NCBI RefSeq assembly: GCF_001194135.2 | Contig: NC_068999.1 | Coordinates: 50,154,159-50,218,158 of the forward strand | DNA length: 64,000 nucleotides | Source of the DNA: Octopus bimaculoides | Taxonomy: Eukaryota | Direction: 5' to 3' | In this document: positions 26,801 to 38,742 of the stretch, piece by piece | How positions within the stretch are numbered: the stretch's first letter is position 1 | Layout of the letters: each line of letters begins with the position of its first letter | The notes under the pieces: model-generated | Seen by the model: only the letters and a program-made list of their open reading frames with translations | Told to the model about the DNA's origin: nothing | Database searches by the model: none | Made by a program: the position numbers and the translations under genes

Positions 26801-29800
26801 CTTCAGTCATTGGACTGCAGCCGTGTTGAGGCACCACCTTGAAGAGTTTAGTCAGTCAAACAAACCCCAGTATTTGTTTCTAAGTTTGATACTTATTCTC
26901 ATCATCTGGCACAAAATCACATCCTCCAATGCCTCCTCCCCTCTCAAAGATTCCTTGGTGACCCTGCCAGTGCAGATGCCACGTAAAATGCATCCAGTCC
27001 ACACTGTCAAGTGTGGACTGGATGCATTTATGTTTTTTTATGTTTTTACTGACAGAACATTGGACTTCAGTAAGAAAACAAGATCAAGACACAAGGTTAG
27101 ATGCTCTGATAATATGAATTAGTAATGGTAAAATTAAGATTATGATGAAATTGTGAGATGAACTCTACATACCGTTCCTTTTGTGATGCTAGTGGAAATT
27201 GGGACTGGTGATCTTTTAGGTGGAGCTTTCGTCACCACAATAACATTAGGTCGGCTTACTAAAGACAGAAGAAAAAAAAACAAAAGTTAAATAGAAAAGA
27301 ACTGAAATTTAAAAAATATAACCAGCAAAAAAAAAAGTAACTCATATTCTTAAATGACTAATATTTCAAATCAATAATTTTCAAGTCATGTGCAGTGTCC
27401 ATTACCTGAATATTCAGTGAGTAACAAGTGAAATTTCAAAATGAAGCTGAAATCATATTCTAAGCAACCAGCATATTACTATTTCCTATACAGAAAGATG
27501 CAAGTGTGGCTATGTGATTAAGAAGCTTGCTTCTCAACTATGTGGTCCTGGGTTCAGTCCCTCTGCGCAAGTGTCTTCTACTATAGCCCTGGGTCAACCA
27601 AAGCTTTTCGAGTGGATTTGATAGATGGAATTTAAAAGAAACCCATTGTGTGTATGGGGGAGGGGAGAGTGTTCCCTTGTCTTCACATCACATGATGTTT
27701 GTAAATAAGCGCATTGTATTTCACCAGCCTCTTGTGAAAAACATGTCTGGCCATGGGGAAACATTACCATGATAAGAAATAGGTGAAGGTTAACAACAGG
27801 AAGGGCATCTGACCACAGAAAATATGCCTCAACAAATTCTGCCTGACCCATGCAAGCATGGAAAAGTGGACATATAATAATGATGATGTTGACACAGTCA
27901 CACATGCAAACATACAGAACTGAAATCTAACACCAAAGAAGCAGACTTTCTTTTCAACCTCCTGCAGCCAAAGAAAGGTCCACAGTTAAAGCCATCATAA
28001 ATACCACTACTACCACTACTACCACTACTACCAGTAATTCGGTTACTCCATTCATGGCAGTGTTTCCACTGCTACAACACCACTGCCATCATCATCCTTT
28101 TAATGCCCACTTTTCCATGTGTCAGACTGATCTTCTACAATCAGATGCCCTTTCTGTCATCAACCTGTACCTGTTTCCAAGTGAAGTAATGTTTCTCCCA
28201 TGACCAAACATGTTTTCAAGGACAACTGGAAGTGAAAGACTGCATGATGGTGACATTTGTTTACAATTATCAGATGAAGTTAAGGCATGGAGATATCATC
28301 ACCATCATCATCCTTTAATGTTCATTTTCCATGCTGGCATGGGTTGGACAGTTTGGCAAGTTAGAGAGCTGCACTAGGTTCCAGTCTGATTTGGCTTGGT
28401 TCCTATGGTTGGATGCCCCTCCTAATACCAACCACTTTACAGTGTGTGCTGAGTGCTTTTAACATGGCACCAGCATAAATGAAAGGTTTCTTTCAGTTTG
28501 ACTACCAAATCCATAGGCTTTGGTTGACCAAGGATAATAGCAGAAGACAGTGACCCTAAGTACCACACAGTGGGATTGAGCCCAAAACTACATAGTATAC
28601 ACATACACACATAAATATATACAAAAAATGCATGCATGCACACACACACACACACAAACATGGTTCTGACTATACAGCCACAAATTAAGATAGCAACTTC
28701 ACCCACAAAAACTAGAGCCAGCAATAACGATTCTGCCAGTAATTTTGAGGGGAGGGGGAAAGTTGATTACACTAACCCCTCCCCCTCCCCCGAACTAACT
28801 CACTGCCCTATCAACAAGTACAGCAGCAACAACAACAAACTCTAACAAACACAAAAGAAAATAATTATTGGGGGGAAAAAAGGGGGAGGAAAAAAAAAAG
28901 CATGATTGCAAACTAACCAGTTCCACCGGTGCTGGATTTGACTGCTGTTAGATGCAAAGTTTTGGGATTCACAGTCACTACATTAGCTGTCTTTGTCGTT
29001 GTAATCACCTTCCCACCTGGAGCATTGATGTTCAGGATTTTGCTGTTGCCTGCTTGGCTCACTGCCGCAAAGTGGAATGGAATAGAAAAGCGGTAGGGGG
29101 AGAAAGAAAAAAGGTGAAAAAAAAAGGAGAAAAATAAAGACAAGGGAAACACAGGTACAGAATGTGTGAGACAAAGAGGAAAATAAAAAATAGAAAATTA
29201 CTTTCTGGTGGAAATTGTACCATTTTGTTTTTATTTATATTTTCAACCCTTTCGCATTCAGATTACTCTGTCAAATGTAATGCTTATTTATTTGCATTGT
29301 TTTTGAATTAATTATGCATTACCTTGTACCTTCAAGATTTCCATGATGTGATTGTTTATTTTTAGAATGACAATTGTGGGGTAGATATATGAGAGGCCAG
29401 ATATGGCTGGTTTGACAATAAAACAGGCAGAATATCTGAGCCAGATACAACTGGTTTAAACTGCTAACAAGTTAAATATGGTTTCCTGGTCTAACATGAG
29501 ACCATTGGGATTTCAAATTCAAACTTCTAATCCTGTTAATTATGAAGAAATGATTATCTCGCTTGTACTAACACCTCCATGTGTTAGATTTCTTTTTGTA
29601 CTTTTGTGTAAAAACCAGAGAAACTATTACACTAAGATTTTTCATTTTTTCAAAAGAAAAAAAGGCATGGTTGCATGGTTTTTGCAAGACATCAAACAAA
29701 AAGAAACTATGATTCATACATGGGTCGCTGCAAGTCTCTGCATTCTATATTAATAACTCAAGACTGGGACTGCCAGCAAAGTAGACTGAGTGTTTTCCAT

Positions 29801-31714
29801 AAAACTAGGCATCTGTCATATCAAATAGTGGTGGTGGTGGTGGTGGTGGTGGGGTCACTTCCACCTGTCTGTGTTAACAAAAAACAGTGACGCCATGCAG
29901 AGGAAGGTATAGCAGAAAAGTTGTACATCTAAATATCCAAATAAGTGATTTTCAGATCTTCAGAGCTAAATACTGATTGTGAAACAGAAGTTCAATCTGC
30001 TGACAACCAGGTAGACTGAAGTAAATATAATTATGTACCTTGTTTAGGAATGTGGTACTTGGAACTGAGGTAAAATGGAAAAATATTAAGACTATGTAGT
30101 CGGCAGTGTGGTAAATTAACATCATAGCTATCCGTGCCTCATATGAACCCATACCATACTAAAGAACAACCTCAGGAAGCTGAACCTTTCAGATGAAATA
30201 GCAAAGGAGCGAGATACCTGACACCTAACTGTACTCAAAGAGAACTATACCCTGCAGCAGAAGTGTTAAGACTGATCCTTCAGCTGGTGTAAAGAACTTG
30301 TAGCAGTGCAACATAAAAACGCCCAAGTGGTGCACATGTGTGGCGTCACGTATAAGTGTTTATGCGGTGCCATGTAAAAGGCTTGAACATTTCCACAGGA
30401 TTATAGGGGGGAGAAGTGGAGGTTATTGGGAGTGGGGAAGCACAGTGACCTGTGAGTTTTAATTGTCTCCGTTTGACATCCTTAGTATTTGAACTAAAGA
30501 TATAACGACATAACACAAGGCATTTCCTCTGACAGACTACCAGTTCTGCTAACCAACTGCCAGCATAGCAACAAAAAAGGGAGTCACAAAGGTAGCTATA
30601 GACAGAATGGAACGATAAATCTGAGTCCTGCAAATGTGAAGTTTAGATGGTATTGATGCTCCTACAGCTCTACATAACTAAGCACTGAAAAGTAAACAAG
30701 GTCTGAAATCAAGAGTAATTAAGGCACCTTGTTTCTTGATTTACTAATTTGTACTCTTTATTGAGATAGAAAGAAAGTTAAAAAGAGCGTTGATGAAATA
30801 CCTGAAATAGTGGACACAGGCCTAGTCACCATAGAAACTGTAGTGGCAGTAGTAGTTGTGGAGACTCCACTAACAACTACCACTGGTGTCCCAGATTGGG
30901 TTGGCTTGGGTAATATTTTACTACCAGTGGGTGGGACACTCTGGGTTATTATCTTCATGCCTAGGGATAAATGGACAAATAAATAAATATTAGATAAAAT
31001 ATAAAGAGAGGTTTATATACACACACACACATACACAAAGAGAAAAGAATCATGTATGTATACATATTGGCCCAATAGCTTACCTCCTTCATGCTTAATC
31101 TGGATTGCTGACTTTGTGGTTGGTTTTATTTGGATACTCTGTACAGACTGGTTTCCTTGGGGAGAATGTAATGGTTGCTGGCCAACAGGGATCACAACGC
31201 CAGGTTTTTGACCAAACTGTGAAAATATTAAGAGAAGCATAACAGTAAAAGATAACATGCAAAACACAACATTTACTGATATGACTGGTACTTTATTTAG
31301 GATGATCTAGTGGGAGACAGAGGACATGACAATACCAGTGCCTCAAGCCATATTGGCTTAATGCATTTTAACCATTTAATGCACACAAGTTTGTCACATT
31401 AATATTATATTAAAATTCCCTTTAACCTTTCAGCATGCAGATTATTTTATCAAACGTAATGCTTATTCATTCATATGGTTTTGAATTAATCATATATTTA
31501 TCTTGTAGTTTTGAGATTTGGGTGATTGATTGTTTATTTTTAGAATGACATTGCAGGATAGGTGAGAAAAACCAGATCTGACCACTTTGAACATAAAAAA
31601 GTAGAATATTTGGGTCGGATATGGCTGGTTTAAATGCTAAAGGGTTAAATAATTTAAATGCATTGGGGCCTTTCAGTGTCCTTCTACAATCTGTTCACAG
31701 GTACTTAGTTAAAA

Positions 31715-31764
<50 letters not shown>

Positions 31765-34700
31765 CAATTTAATCAAATAATAAGAGAGATAAAAGATTAT
31801 AAGCAAATAAATAAAATAGTTTACCTGAGGGAGCTTCTGTCTTGGAACTGATTTTGGTCTGGGTTTAGAAATGTTTATAGATGATGGTAAAAATGCTGCA
31901 GAAGGAGTACCAAGAACAGCAGTTGTATTTGTTGCTGAAAACAAAATAGAAATTTCTATTCAGAGAGAGAGAGAGAGAAGGAAAATAAAGAGAAAAAAGA
32001 GGATTCAAGAAAAAAGAAAAAAAAAAAAAGACACTGATAGAGCAATCAGCAAATAATACTGCAGAAACTCACAGGTAGACTTTGAAGACGTATTTGATGT
32101 AGTGACCACAGTGATGATGTTTCCAAGGTTACCATTGGAGATGGAAACACTTCCAGGACTTGTGTTTGTGCTAGGCATCACAATGGACATCTTTGGATGA
32201 CCACTGCCACTGGTCGTCATTGTTGGGATTGTTTTAACAAGAGGCAAAGAAATGGACTTTGGTAATACATTAGGGCCAGTGCTTGAACCAGAACCAGAAG
32301 TGGACACCAATATCACCTGTAGGATGGGAAAAATAAAAATTAGGCCTCTAAGAACATAGAATGTTCTACAAAGAAATGGTACATCACAAGCATATTCTAA
32401 AATGGCCTGATATATATTTCCAACAGCTAAGTGAAGTCATTGTTGTTTTAGCATTTACTTTTTCACACCTGCATGGGTCAGACAGAACTTGATAAGGCAA
32501 ATTTCCTTGGCTGGATGCTCTTCTTGTCATCAACGGTTACCTGTTTCTCAGCAAGGTAGTATTTCAGCATGGAAAACAGGAACTGCACAACATTACTTCT
32601 ATGACAGTGATGCCCATTTACGGTCATCACACGGAGTGGAGGCAAGAGTACACACAATACACGTGTATAGGATGAACTTCTTTTAGATTCTGTCAACCAA
32701 GTCCCCTCACAAGGTTTTGCTCAATCTGGGACTATGGTAGAATACACTTGCCCAAGGTGCTGTGCAGTGGGACTGAACCCTAGATCACATGGCTGAGAAG
32801 AAGCCATACCTGCACCTAGTAAGATGTGAAATTACATGAGTTATCCAGAAACTTAATGGGCATAACTGCATCACACATGAACAACCTTTGTACTCTTGAG
32901 TCCCATTGTCTATAAGGCTACGTTGCCTCAGTGTATCAACAGTTGAGGAACAGGTAATTCATAAATGAAAAGCAGGTAAATTTATCATCAAATTGTTTCT
33001 TAAACAAGTTAAAGTTTCTGTAATTAGGATCAACTCAGCATGCAAGTGATAGAAAATGGGGAAGAATTTACTAAAACAACAGAGAATTTTTGACAATCTT
33101 GAGGTATAATTAAGATAAGACAAATAAAATATGCAGGCATTTCATGAAAGGACATCAACAACAATACGAGACATAACATTTCTCTTTCAATAGAGTATGC
33201 TGACACACCTAATGTTCTACAGACTGTATTTCAAATATGCTACCAACAGACTAAATGACATTAATGTAGATACTAAGTGGCACTGTTGTGGACACAAATT
33301 AGCACAAATGTAGATAATGTACAAGTAAGAAAGGCTAAGTTTCACAACCACACATCTCTGTGCTTGTACACACATAAACACCTTTCTCTCTAAGCTAAAA
33401 AAAAAAAAAAGAGTAACGTCCTTACTTTTTGGGTTTGCGTTGCAACAGCGCTGGTGTTTTGGCTTCTTGTCTGAGAGTTCTTGCTGATGGTGATCTTGAC
33501 GGGAGACATACCTTGCAGGGTGTTTGATGACGTTGAAGAGGAGGCGGATGCAGTGGTAGCACGGGGTGTCTGGGTTCCAGCACAGACTGAACTTATATTA
33601 TCCACCGACATGCTTCTTTTCTTCCGACTGCACGTTTCTTCTTCATCTTCAGGAATAACACCCCCTTGTAAAAGATAATAGAAGCAATATTGGTTAACAT
33701 AAACAAACAACAAATATATATTTTTATCTTTTATTAGTTTCAGTCATTAGACTGTGGGCATGTTGGGGCACCATCTTGAAGAACCTTTCAGTCGAATGTA
33801 TCAGCCCCAGTAGTTATATTTCTTCTAAGCATGGCACTTATTTTCTCAGTCTCTTTTGCTGAACTGCTATATTACAGGGCTGTAAACACACCAGCACCAA
33901 TTGCCAGGCAGTAATGGGGAACACACAAACACACACATATATATATAATGCTGCTCCTCTAAATGGAAACCTTACCTGTCATTGTGGTTTTGTGGCACAA
34001 AGCAAAGCAGGCCTTGCCATCCACTCAAGAAAACACATAATAAATGATCCACAAGCACTCAAGCAAACTGAGTCCTCTACTTGTTCCATTTACCAAACGG
34101 TTTGCATGGCACCAGTAGGCCTCAAGAGACCCATTTGTGTCCATAGAACATGATTACCACTTCAGTTCAGTTCCACTACATGGCACCTTGGACTGACCAA
34201 AGCCTTGTGAGTGGATTTGGTAGACGGAAACTGAAAGAAGCCTGTCATATGTATGTGTGTGTTTGATCTATCCCCACACCGATTGACAACCTGTGCTGGT
34301 GTGTTTACACCCCCTTAACTTAGCAATTCAGCAAAGAAACTGATGGAATAAGCACCAGGCTTAAAAAAAACAAAAAATACAGGGTTGATACATTCAACTA
34401 AAAATTCTTCAAGATGGTGCCCCAGCATGGTCGTAGTTGAATGACTGAAACAAGTAAAAGATAAAAGTCACACCAATGAAATCTCAAAGCTAGAAGATAA
34501 TGTATGCTTAATTCAAAGCAATCATCATCATCATCATCATTATTTAACATCTGCTTTCCATGCTGGCATGGGTTGGACAGTTTGACAGGAGCTGGCCAAG
34601 TAGAAGACAGCATCAGACTGTCTGTTTTGGTATGGGTTTTACAGCTGGATGCCTTTCCAAACACCAACCACCCCAAAGAGTGGACTGAGTGCTTTTTACA

Positions 34701-36203
34701 TGGCACCAGCACAGGCGAGGTCAGTTTTGGCATGGTTTTTACAGCTGGATGCCCTTCCAAGTGCTAACTTCACAGTGTAGACTGGATGCTTTTTTTTACA
34801 ATGTCAATAAATAAGCATTACAACTGACTGAGTAATCTGAATGCTAAAGGGTTAATTACTGGTGCTGAGCAAGAAAGCATTTTGCATATGAAAAGAAAAA
34901 GGGGAAAAGATATTGACTTACAATCTTTGTTACCAGTGTGCATAGGATTGGGCATTGCAGCATTCTTCTCCACCTGTAGGTTAACTGCTTGATTAGCAGT
35001 GACAGTGAAAGCCGTCTGTGGGACTAAGCGAGGCATCAAAGGGATAAGACGCCGGCCTTCAATCAGCCAGTCAGCATCTGTACTTGGCCCACACATTCTG
35101 AAATACAAGGAGGAAAAGAAATTAGTGCAACTAACTACAAAACAATAATGGTGGTAGCAGCTGCTACTGTTACTGCAAAAGTCAAGACTGATTCTACTCG
35201 CGGTCGGCATCACCACCGAGATGATGGCCTTTCGATCGCACCAACGGCTGTGTGTTCGCTGCTGATCGCTCGCTCGCTTCTTTCTCACTGCTACGACTCA
35301 CTCGACCAACTCATCATCCGTCGACCGNNNNNNNNNNNNNNNNNNNNNNNNNNNNNNNNNNNNNNNNNNNNNNNNNNNNNNNNNNNNNNNNNNNNNNNNN
35401 NNNNNNNNNNNNNNNNNNNNNNNNNNNNNNNNNNNNNNNNNNNNNNNNNNNNNNNNNNNNNNNNNNNNNNNNNNNNNNNNNNNNNNNNNNNNNNNNNNNN
35501 NNNNNNNNNNNNNNNNNNNNNNNNNNNNNNNNNNNNNNNNNNNNNNNNNNNNNNNNNNNNNNNNNNNNNNNNNNNNNNNNNNNNNNNNNNNNNNNNNNNN
35601 NNNNNNNNNNNNNNNNNNNNNNNNNNNNNNNNNNNNNNNNNNNNNNNNNNNNNNNNNNNNNNNNNNNNNNNNNNNNNNNNNNNNNNNNNNNNNNNNNNNN
35701 NNNNNNNNNNNNNNNNNNNNNNNNNNNNNNNNNNNNNNNNNNNNNNNNNNNNNNNNNNNNNNNNNNNNNNNNNNNNNNNNNNNNNNNNNNNNNNNNNNNN
35801 NNNNNNNNNNNNNNNNNNNNNNNNNNNNNNNNNNNNNNNNNNNNNNNNNNNNNNNNNNNNNNNNNNNNNNNNNNNNNNNNNNNNNNNNNNNNNNNNNNNN
35901 NNNNNNNNNNNNNNNNNNNNNNNNNNNNNNNNNNNNNNNNNNNNNNNNNNNNNNNNNNNNNNNNNNNNNNNNNNNNNNNNNTATATATATCATACATGTA
36001 TGTATATATGTATTAGATTGGAGATGAACACTGATGCTCTATGTAATAGGCTTGATAATTGTTACAGGCTTCTTTAACATGAAACCAAAGCTAGTTTTAT
36101 CCCATAAATACAGACTCTTTAGCCATCAATACAGCACTGAGCACCCATTCTCATTGTTTGATATTTACTTGGATATGTACCTAAGTAGAAAGGTAGATCG
36201 GTT

Positions 36204-36237
<34 letters not shown>

Positions 36238-37139
36238 CAGACAGGAAGGCAGGCAGACAGACAGACATGATATGATATACTCACTTATCTGCTATTGTTG
36301 CTAACTGTTCATCGTTGACGGCTCTTCGCACCTCAGCACGGTGCCGCTCTGTAGATATGCTGCAATAAGGAAATGACATTCATGAATATATCTCTTCCTC
36401 AGTTAAAATTTTAAAAGTTGAGAAATACGGAAATACAAAAAGATAGACATACATACAGATGCACCTATGTACATAAACATGTGTAGCTATCTCACCTACA
36501 TATTTAATATAATTTGGGAAAGACACAAACACTGTGACTTTTAAATTAAATTTCTACATGGTGACTTGACCTGCTAAAAATAAAACCCAAATCTCTCTCA
36601 AGTCACACCCTACAGTCTTAAAAAAAATTAATAAGAAAATGGATAATGGAGTCTGAGACATTCTATAGCAGGGGAAGTGCATTGTTGATCCTTAAGGGAT
36701 GACTTGGGGTTAAACAACAATAACTCCTGCCCCTTGAAATAAAAAAGGTTAACCACATAAAGATGACCACTACTGATCATTAAGGGTTAATGGTTATGAA
36801 GTAAATTACATCATTTACCATCATAGTTTTAATGTCCACTCTTCCATGCTCGCATGGGTTGGATGGAATTTATTGAGGTATATTTTCTACAGCTGGATGT
36901 CCTTCCTGCCAACAACCCTCATCCATTTCTGGATGGGATAATATTCCCCAATGGCTAGACGTGTTTTCACAAAATATTGGAAATGAATGACATTTACAAC
37001 AAATCACACCATGTCAAAACAAGGAAATATAAACATACACAAAGGCACAAAATTACATACATCTATACATTATACACACACACAAACAAACATAAATAAA
37101 AATATATATATAATGTTTGTTCGTGTGTGTATATATATG

Positions 37140-37189
<50 letters not shown>

Positions 37190-37624
37190 TATCAATAGGC
37201 TTCTTTCAGTTTTTTCCAACCAAATCTACTCACAAACCTTTGGTTGGTCTGTGTTTACAATAGAAGACATGCCCAAAGTGCCACACAAGGTGGGACTGAA
37301 CCTGGAACCATGTGGCTGGGAAGCAAATTAACCACACACCCACACACAAATAGGAATACATCTTCAAGGAACATTTAGGCATACAAGAATTATTTTATTT
37401 CAAATAGCAAAACCAAAACCAACACAATAACAAAACAGGAATTAACACTGGTTTGGCACAAACCTCAAAGCATGCTGTAGGTCTTTGAGTATCTTTTTCT
37501 TATCTTTGGTGAGAATTCCTTGTGCTCTGAATGCAGAGATGAGGGAAGAATAGGCTTCAAGCTCCAGGCGGCGTAGAATCCGTTTAGACTCATCCCGAGA
37601 TAAGTCCAGTAACAATGGCCACAT
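3627..37624 (-). CDS. EMSY: BRCA2-interacting transcriptional repressor EMSY, multi-exon gene (20 coding exons traced, at least ~1850 aa)
   Basis: The spliced N-terminus MWPLLLDLSRDESKRILRRLELEAYSSLISAFRAQG...SISTERHRAEVRRAVNDEQLATIADKMCGPSTDADWLIEGRRLIPLMPRLVPQTAFTVTAN matches the ENT domain and the following EMSY-specific segment as I recall the vertebrate protein. All traced introns are GT-AG with compatible phases; one donor is hidden in the gap at 24860-25106. Confidence 0.95.
4052..4347 (-). mobile_element. (GAT)n-tailed RTE-related retroposon (family C)
   Basis: (CAT)n tail on the + strand, conserved GGATGCCCTTC...GCCAACCACTC body, variable 5' tandem units. Copies include 18265-18515, 23650-23970, 28300-28480, 34523-34798, 42280-42430, 46880-47100(+), 54890-55190(+), 58578-58950(+). 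Confidence 0.85.
5120..5223. repeat. Perfect 30-bp inverted repeat containing TTAGGG-like units
   Basis: GCACGATTTTCACTAGGGTGTTAGGGTTAG (5120-5149) and its reverse complement (5194-5223). Confidence 0.9.
5775..6267 (-). CDS. Probable EMSY coding exon 19
   Basis: tttatttag acceptor, CAG|GTCAGA donor, phase 0-1; the open frame begins 22 codons upstream of the listed 169-aa ORF. Confidence 0.75.
7990..8225 (+). repeat. GA-rich polypurine low-complexity tract
   Basis: About 235 nt consisting almost entirely of G and A. Confidence 0.9.
11748..13240 (-). CDS. EMSY coding exon 18 (1493 nt; Lys/Ser/Thr-rich, long poly-Ser)
   Basis: ttcccttag acceptor, CTG|GTACGT donor, phase 1-0; lies within the 554-aa ORF. 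Assigned to EMSY by phase continuity only. Confidence 0.8.
14646..15756 (-). CDS. EMSY: EMSY coding exon 17 (1111 nt; Ser/Thr/Asn homopolymers, LDLLSSSLAQAQID motif)
   Basis: ttttgccag acceptor, CAG|GTAAGG donor, phase 0-1; lies within the 409-aa ORF. Confidence 0.88.
15855..16768 (+). mobile_element. Internally deleted mariner transposon
   Basis: Imperfect TIRs (ATGAGGTGGTAACAAAAAGTTCCAGGA; reverse complement ACGAAGTGGTATCAAGATGTTCCTGGA) in TA context. Decayed transposase pieces EQRANV...GKSATETLSMLR*AYGDEA...FEWYRCFKRGRTSLED and LPYSPDLA. Confidence 0.9.
16790..17270 (+). mobile_element. RTE-clade LINE reverse transcriptase fragment (pseudogenised)
   Basis: FVDLE...WWTMRRLGV...YADDLGLIA...GLKVNLAKTKVL, with frameshifts. 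Confidence 0.88.
17667..17850 (+). mobile_element. TTAA-flanked MITE (family D, piggyBac-like ends)
   Basis: TTAA-C(C/T)CTTTAG...CTAAAGGG-TTAA. More than 10 copies, e.g. 218-320, 3883-4404, 7130-7294, 9000-9190, 17961-18155, 19645-19862, 29245-29475, 31422-31648, 59039-59264, 59518-59726. Confidence 0.85.
20253..20420 (-). CDS. EMSY: EMSY coding exon 16 (...GELDPQTGLFYT)
   Basis: ttcgtag acceptor, GTTTGT donor, 168 nt, phase 0-0; DPQTGLFY motif recalled from human EMSY. Confidence 0.88.
21800..21939 (-). CDS. EMSY: EMSY coding exon 15 (DQALSILSQEEKD...IEEPMQ)
   Basis: ctgtgcag acceptor, CAG|GTGAGG donor, phase 1-0. Confidence 0.85.
22257..22470 (+). mobile_element. Short mariner-derived remnant
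   Basis: Mariner-like terminus ACAAGTGGGGTGCTGAAAAGTTC, a degenerate inverted end, and the last codons of a transposase (..VNLR.GEYV). Confidence 0.5.
23114..23172 (-). CDS. EMSY: EMSY coding exon 14 (59 nt; SSDLGNLSEQINQQNFYTL)
   Basis: Only the phase 2-1 frame is open, and it matches both neighbouring exons; donor TTG|GTAAGT. Confidence 0.8.
24065..24236 (-). CDS. EMSY: EMSY coding exon 13 (...NEWFEYDVADD...DAISALLEM...)
   Basis: tttttcag acceptor, AAG|GTAAAG donor, phase 1-2. Confidence 0.85.
25107..25272 (-). CDS. EMSY: EMSY coding exon 12 (3' end hidden in assembly gap)
   Basis: Open frame ...KTSTLLAELIQAAGILPD... runs into the N gap; phase 0 acceptor gaacag. Confidence 0.8.
26380..26508 (-). 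CDS. EMSY: EMSY coding exon 11
   Basis: ctttcag acceptor, phase 0. Donor GTGAGT at 26379; alternative in-frame GT donors would end the exon at 26383 or 26389. Confidence 0.75.
27173..27258 (-). CDS. EMSY: EMSY coding exon 10 (SRPNVIVVTKAPPKRSPVPISTSITKGT)
   Basis: ctgtctttag acceptor, GTATGT donor, phase 1-0. Confidence 0.87.
28918..29061 (-). CDS. EMSY: EMSY coding exon 9 (alternative in-frame acceptor gives start 29049)
   Basis: Phase 1-1, open frame ...KILNINAPGGKVITTTKTANVVTVNPKTLHL..., donor CTG|GTTAGT. Confidence 0.85.
30802..30960 (-). CDS. EMSY: EMSY coding exon 8 (GMKIITQSVPPTGSKILPKP...)
   Basis: atccctag acceptor, CAG|GTATTT donor, phase 1-1. Confidence 0.88.
31084..31216 (-). 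CDS. EMSY: EMSY coding exon 7
   Basis: ttcacag acceptor, GAG|GTAAGC donor, phase 0-1. Confidence 0.88.
31825..31934 (-). CDS. EMSY: EMSY coding exon 6
   Basis: ttttcag acceptor, CAG|GTAAAC donor, phase 1-0. Confidence 0.88.
32073..32316 (-). CDS. EMSY: EMSY coding exon 5
   Basis: cctacag acceptor, GTGAGT donor, phase 0-1. Confidence 0.88.
33426..33664 (-). CDS. EMSY: EMSY coding exon 4
   Basis: ttttacaag acceptor, GTAAGG donor, phase 1-0, open frame GVIPEDEEETCSRKKRS... Confidence 0.85.
33940..34152 (+). mobile_element. C2H2-like zinc-finger fragment, probably a LINE ORF2 C-terminus
   Basis: CHCGFVAQSKAGLAIHSRKH and CSIYQTVCMAPVGLKRPICVH*; isolated, no splice context, embedded among SINE pieces. 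Confidence 0.5.
34922..35097 (-). CDS. EMSY: EMSY coding exon 3 (MCGPSTDADWLIEGRRLIPLMPRLVPQTAF...)
   Basis: tttcag acceptor, GTAAGT donor, phase 2-1, conserved segment following the ENT domain. Confidence 0.95.
36200..36270 (+). repeat. (GATA)n/(GACA)n microsatellite
   Basis: Read directly, just inside the intron after EMSY exon 2. Confidence 0.9.
36285..36359 (-). CDS. EMSY: EMSY coding exon 2 (ISTERHRAEVRRAVNDEQLATIAD)
   Basis: ttattgcag acceptor, GTGAGT donor, 75 nt, phase 2-2, ENT domain sequence. Confidence 0.95.
37464..37624 (-). CDS. EMSY: EMSY coding exon 1 (ATG; ENT domain N-half); exon starts at 37687
   Basis: Acceptor ...ttcctaaag before 37687, in-frame TGA upstream of ATG 37624, donor AG|GTTTGT at 37463 (phase 2). 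Confidence 0.93.
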
Positions 37625-38341
37625 ACTGCCACCAGCTGCTGCCACCTGGTGCAGGTTACTGAAAGTTTGGATGGAACATCATGAGAGCTTTAGGAAATAA
37701 ATGAAAAAAAAAAAAGATAATTTATATAAAAATTAAAATTAAACAATGCACAGTATATAACAACATAAAAATATTTTTTTTAATTTTAAGTTTTTAATAC
37801 TAATTGTTTAAACAACGTTTTCATTCCTTCATTATAAATATGTGTGTGTATTCTTGAACTGTATAAATCAGAAATTCATATCCCATGACCAAGTGGAACA
37901 GCTTGTTAGGGCAGTGGGGAATTTATGAATAATATTTATTTAGCAGTATCAGCACTAAGTAGTGTTCAGGCGTATGCGAAATTTAGGTGTTTGTGACATA
38001 TTTCAACGTCTAAAGACAAATTCGCTGCAGTTACTCTATCTGCCCAGTGCAGCTCGTTATTGGATTCCCAGATGTGTTTCTATCTCTTTAGCCATTATCC
38101 ATGGGATATACTGAAGGGAGGTAAGTAAGTCTAGGCAGAATCTTAAAACTGTAACTTTAACTAAAACACTGAATTGTGCCATGGAAACAGCCAGGTCAGA
38201 AGAATCCCAGCAGTATTAGTAGTGCCAAGCAGTGCTTAGGCACATATGAACTTTAGGGGAGTCGAAATATACTTGTGACACATTTCAATTTCTGAAGGCA
38301 AAAAACTGAGGGAAGCTTTCGAAAGAGGAATATTCCTATAC

Positions 38342-38742
38342 CAGGGATGTGCTGCCTAGGTAGGCAAGGTAGGAAGTGACTACCTTGAATAAAATAGATC
38401 AATAGCAACATTTTCTTCCCATGGCAAAATATGCACCTAATTCAATATAATTATGAAGGTTAGTCTGATTATTATGCATAAAATGCAAAATGTTTTATTT
38501 TTTTGTAAATTAGGTAGGCATTATTCACCCCTGCTTTTCAATCTCAGTATTTAAGCTATGCATAATAATGCTGTAGTACACGTGCTGCATACATTTCTAC
38601 AACACTTATAAAAGTAGAAACAGATCTGCCTTCAACTCAGTTGCGTGCCCGTGTTTTTCTTTTTTTCTTTTTTTTCTGCGTGTTTTACTAGATAAAGGTC
38701 GTCAACTGCCTACCCTGAGTAATTACTGACAGCTCGTGCCTG
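38342..38742. mobile_element. hAT-type MITE, 401 bp
   Basis: Perfect 8-bp TSD TCCTATAC (38334-38341 and 38743-38750) and imperfect TIRs starting CAGG. Confidence 0.85.

Noticed and set aside
35252-36077. Long ORFs spanning N runs (also 24753-25158, 43446-43757, 53685-54305)
   Set aside because: They are artefacts of translating gaps.
38111-38130. GGAG|GTAAGT on +, which is U1-like ACTTACCT on -
   Set aside because: There is no U1 continuation and no supporting plus-strand exon; a lone consensus match is expected by chance.
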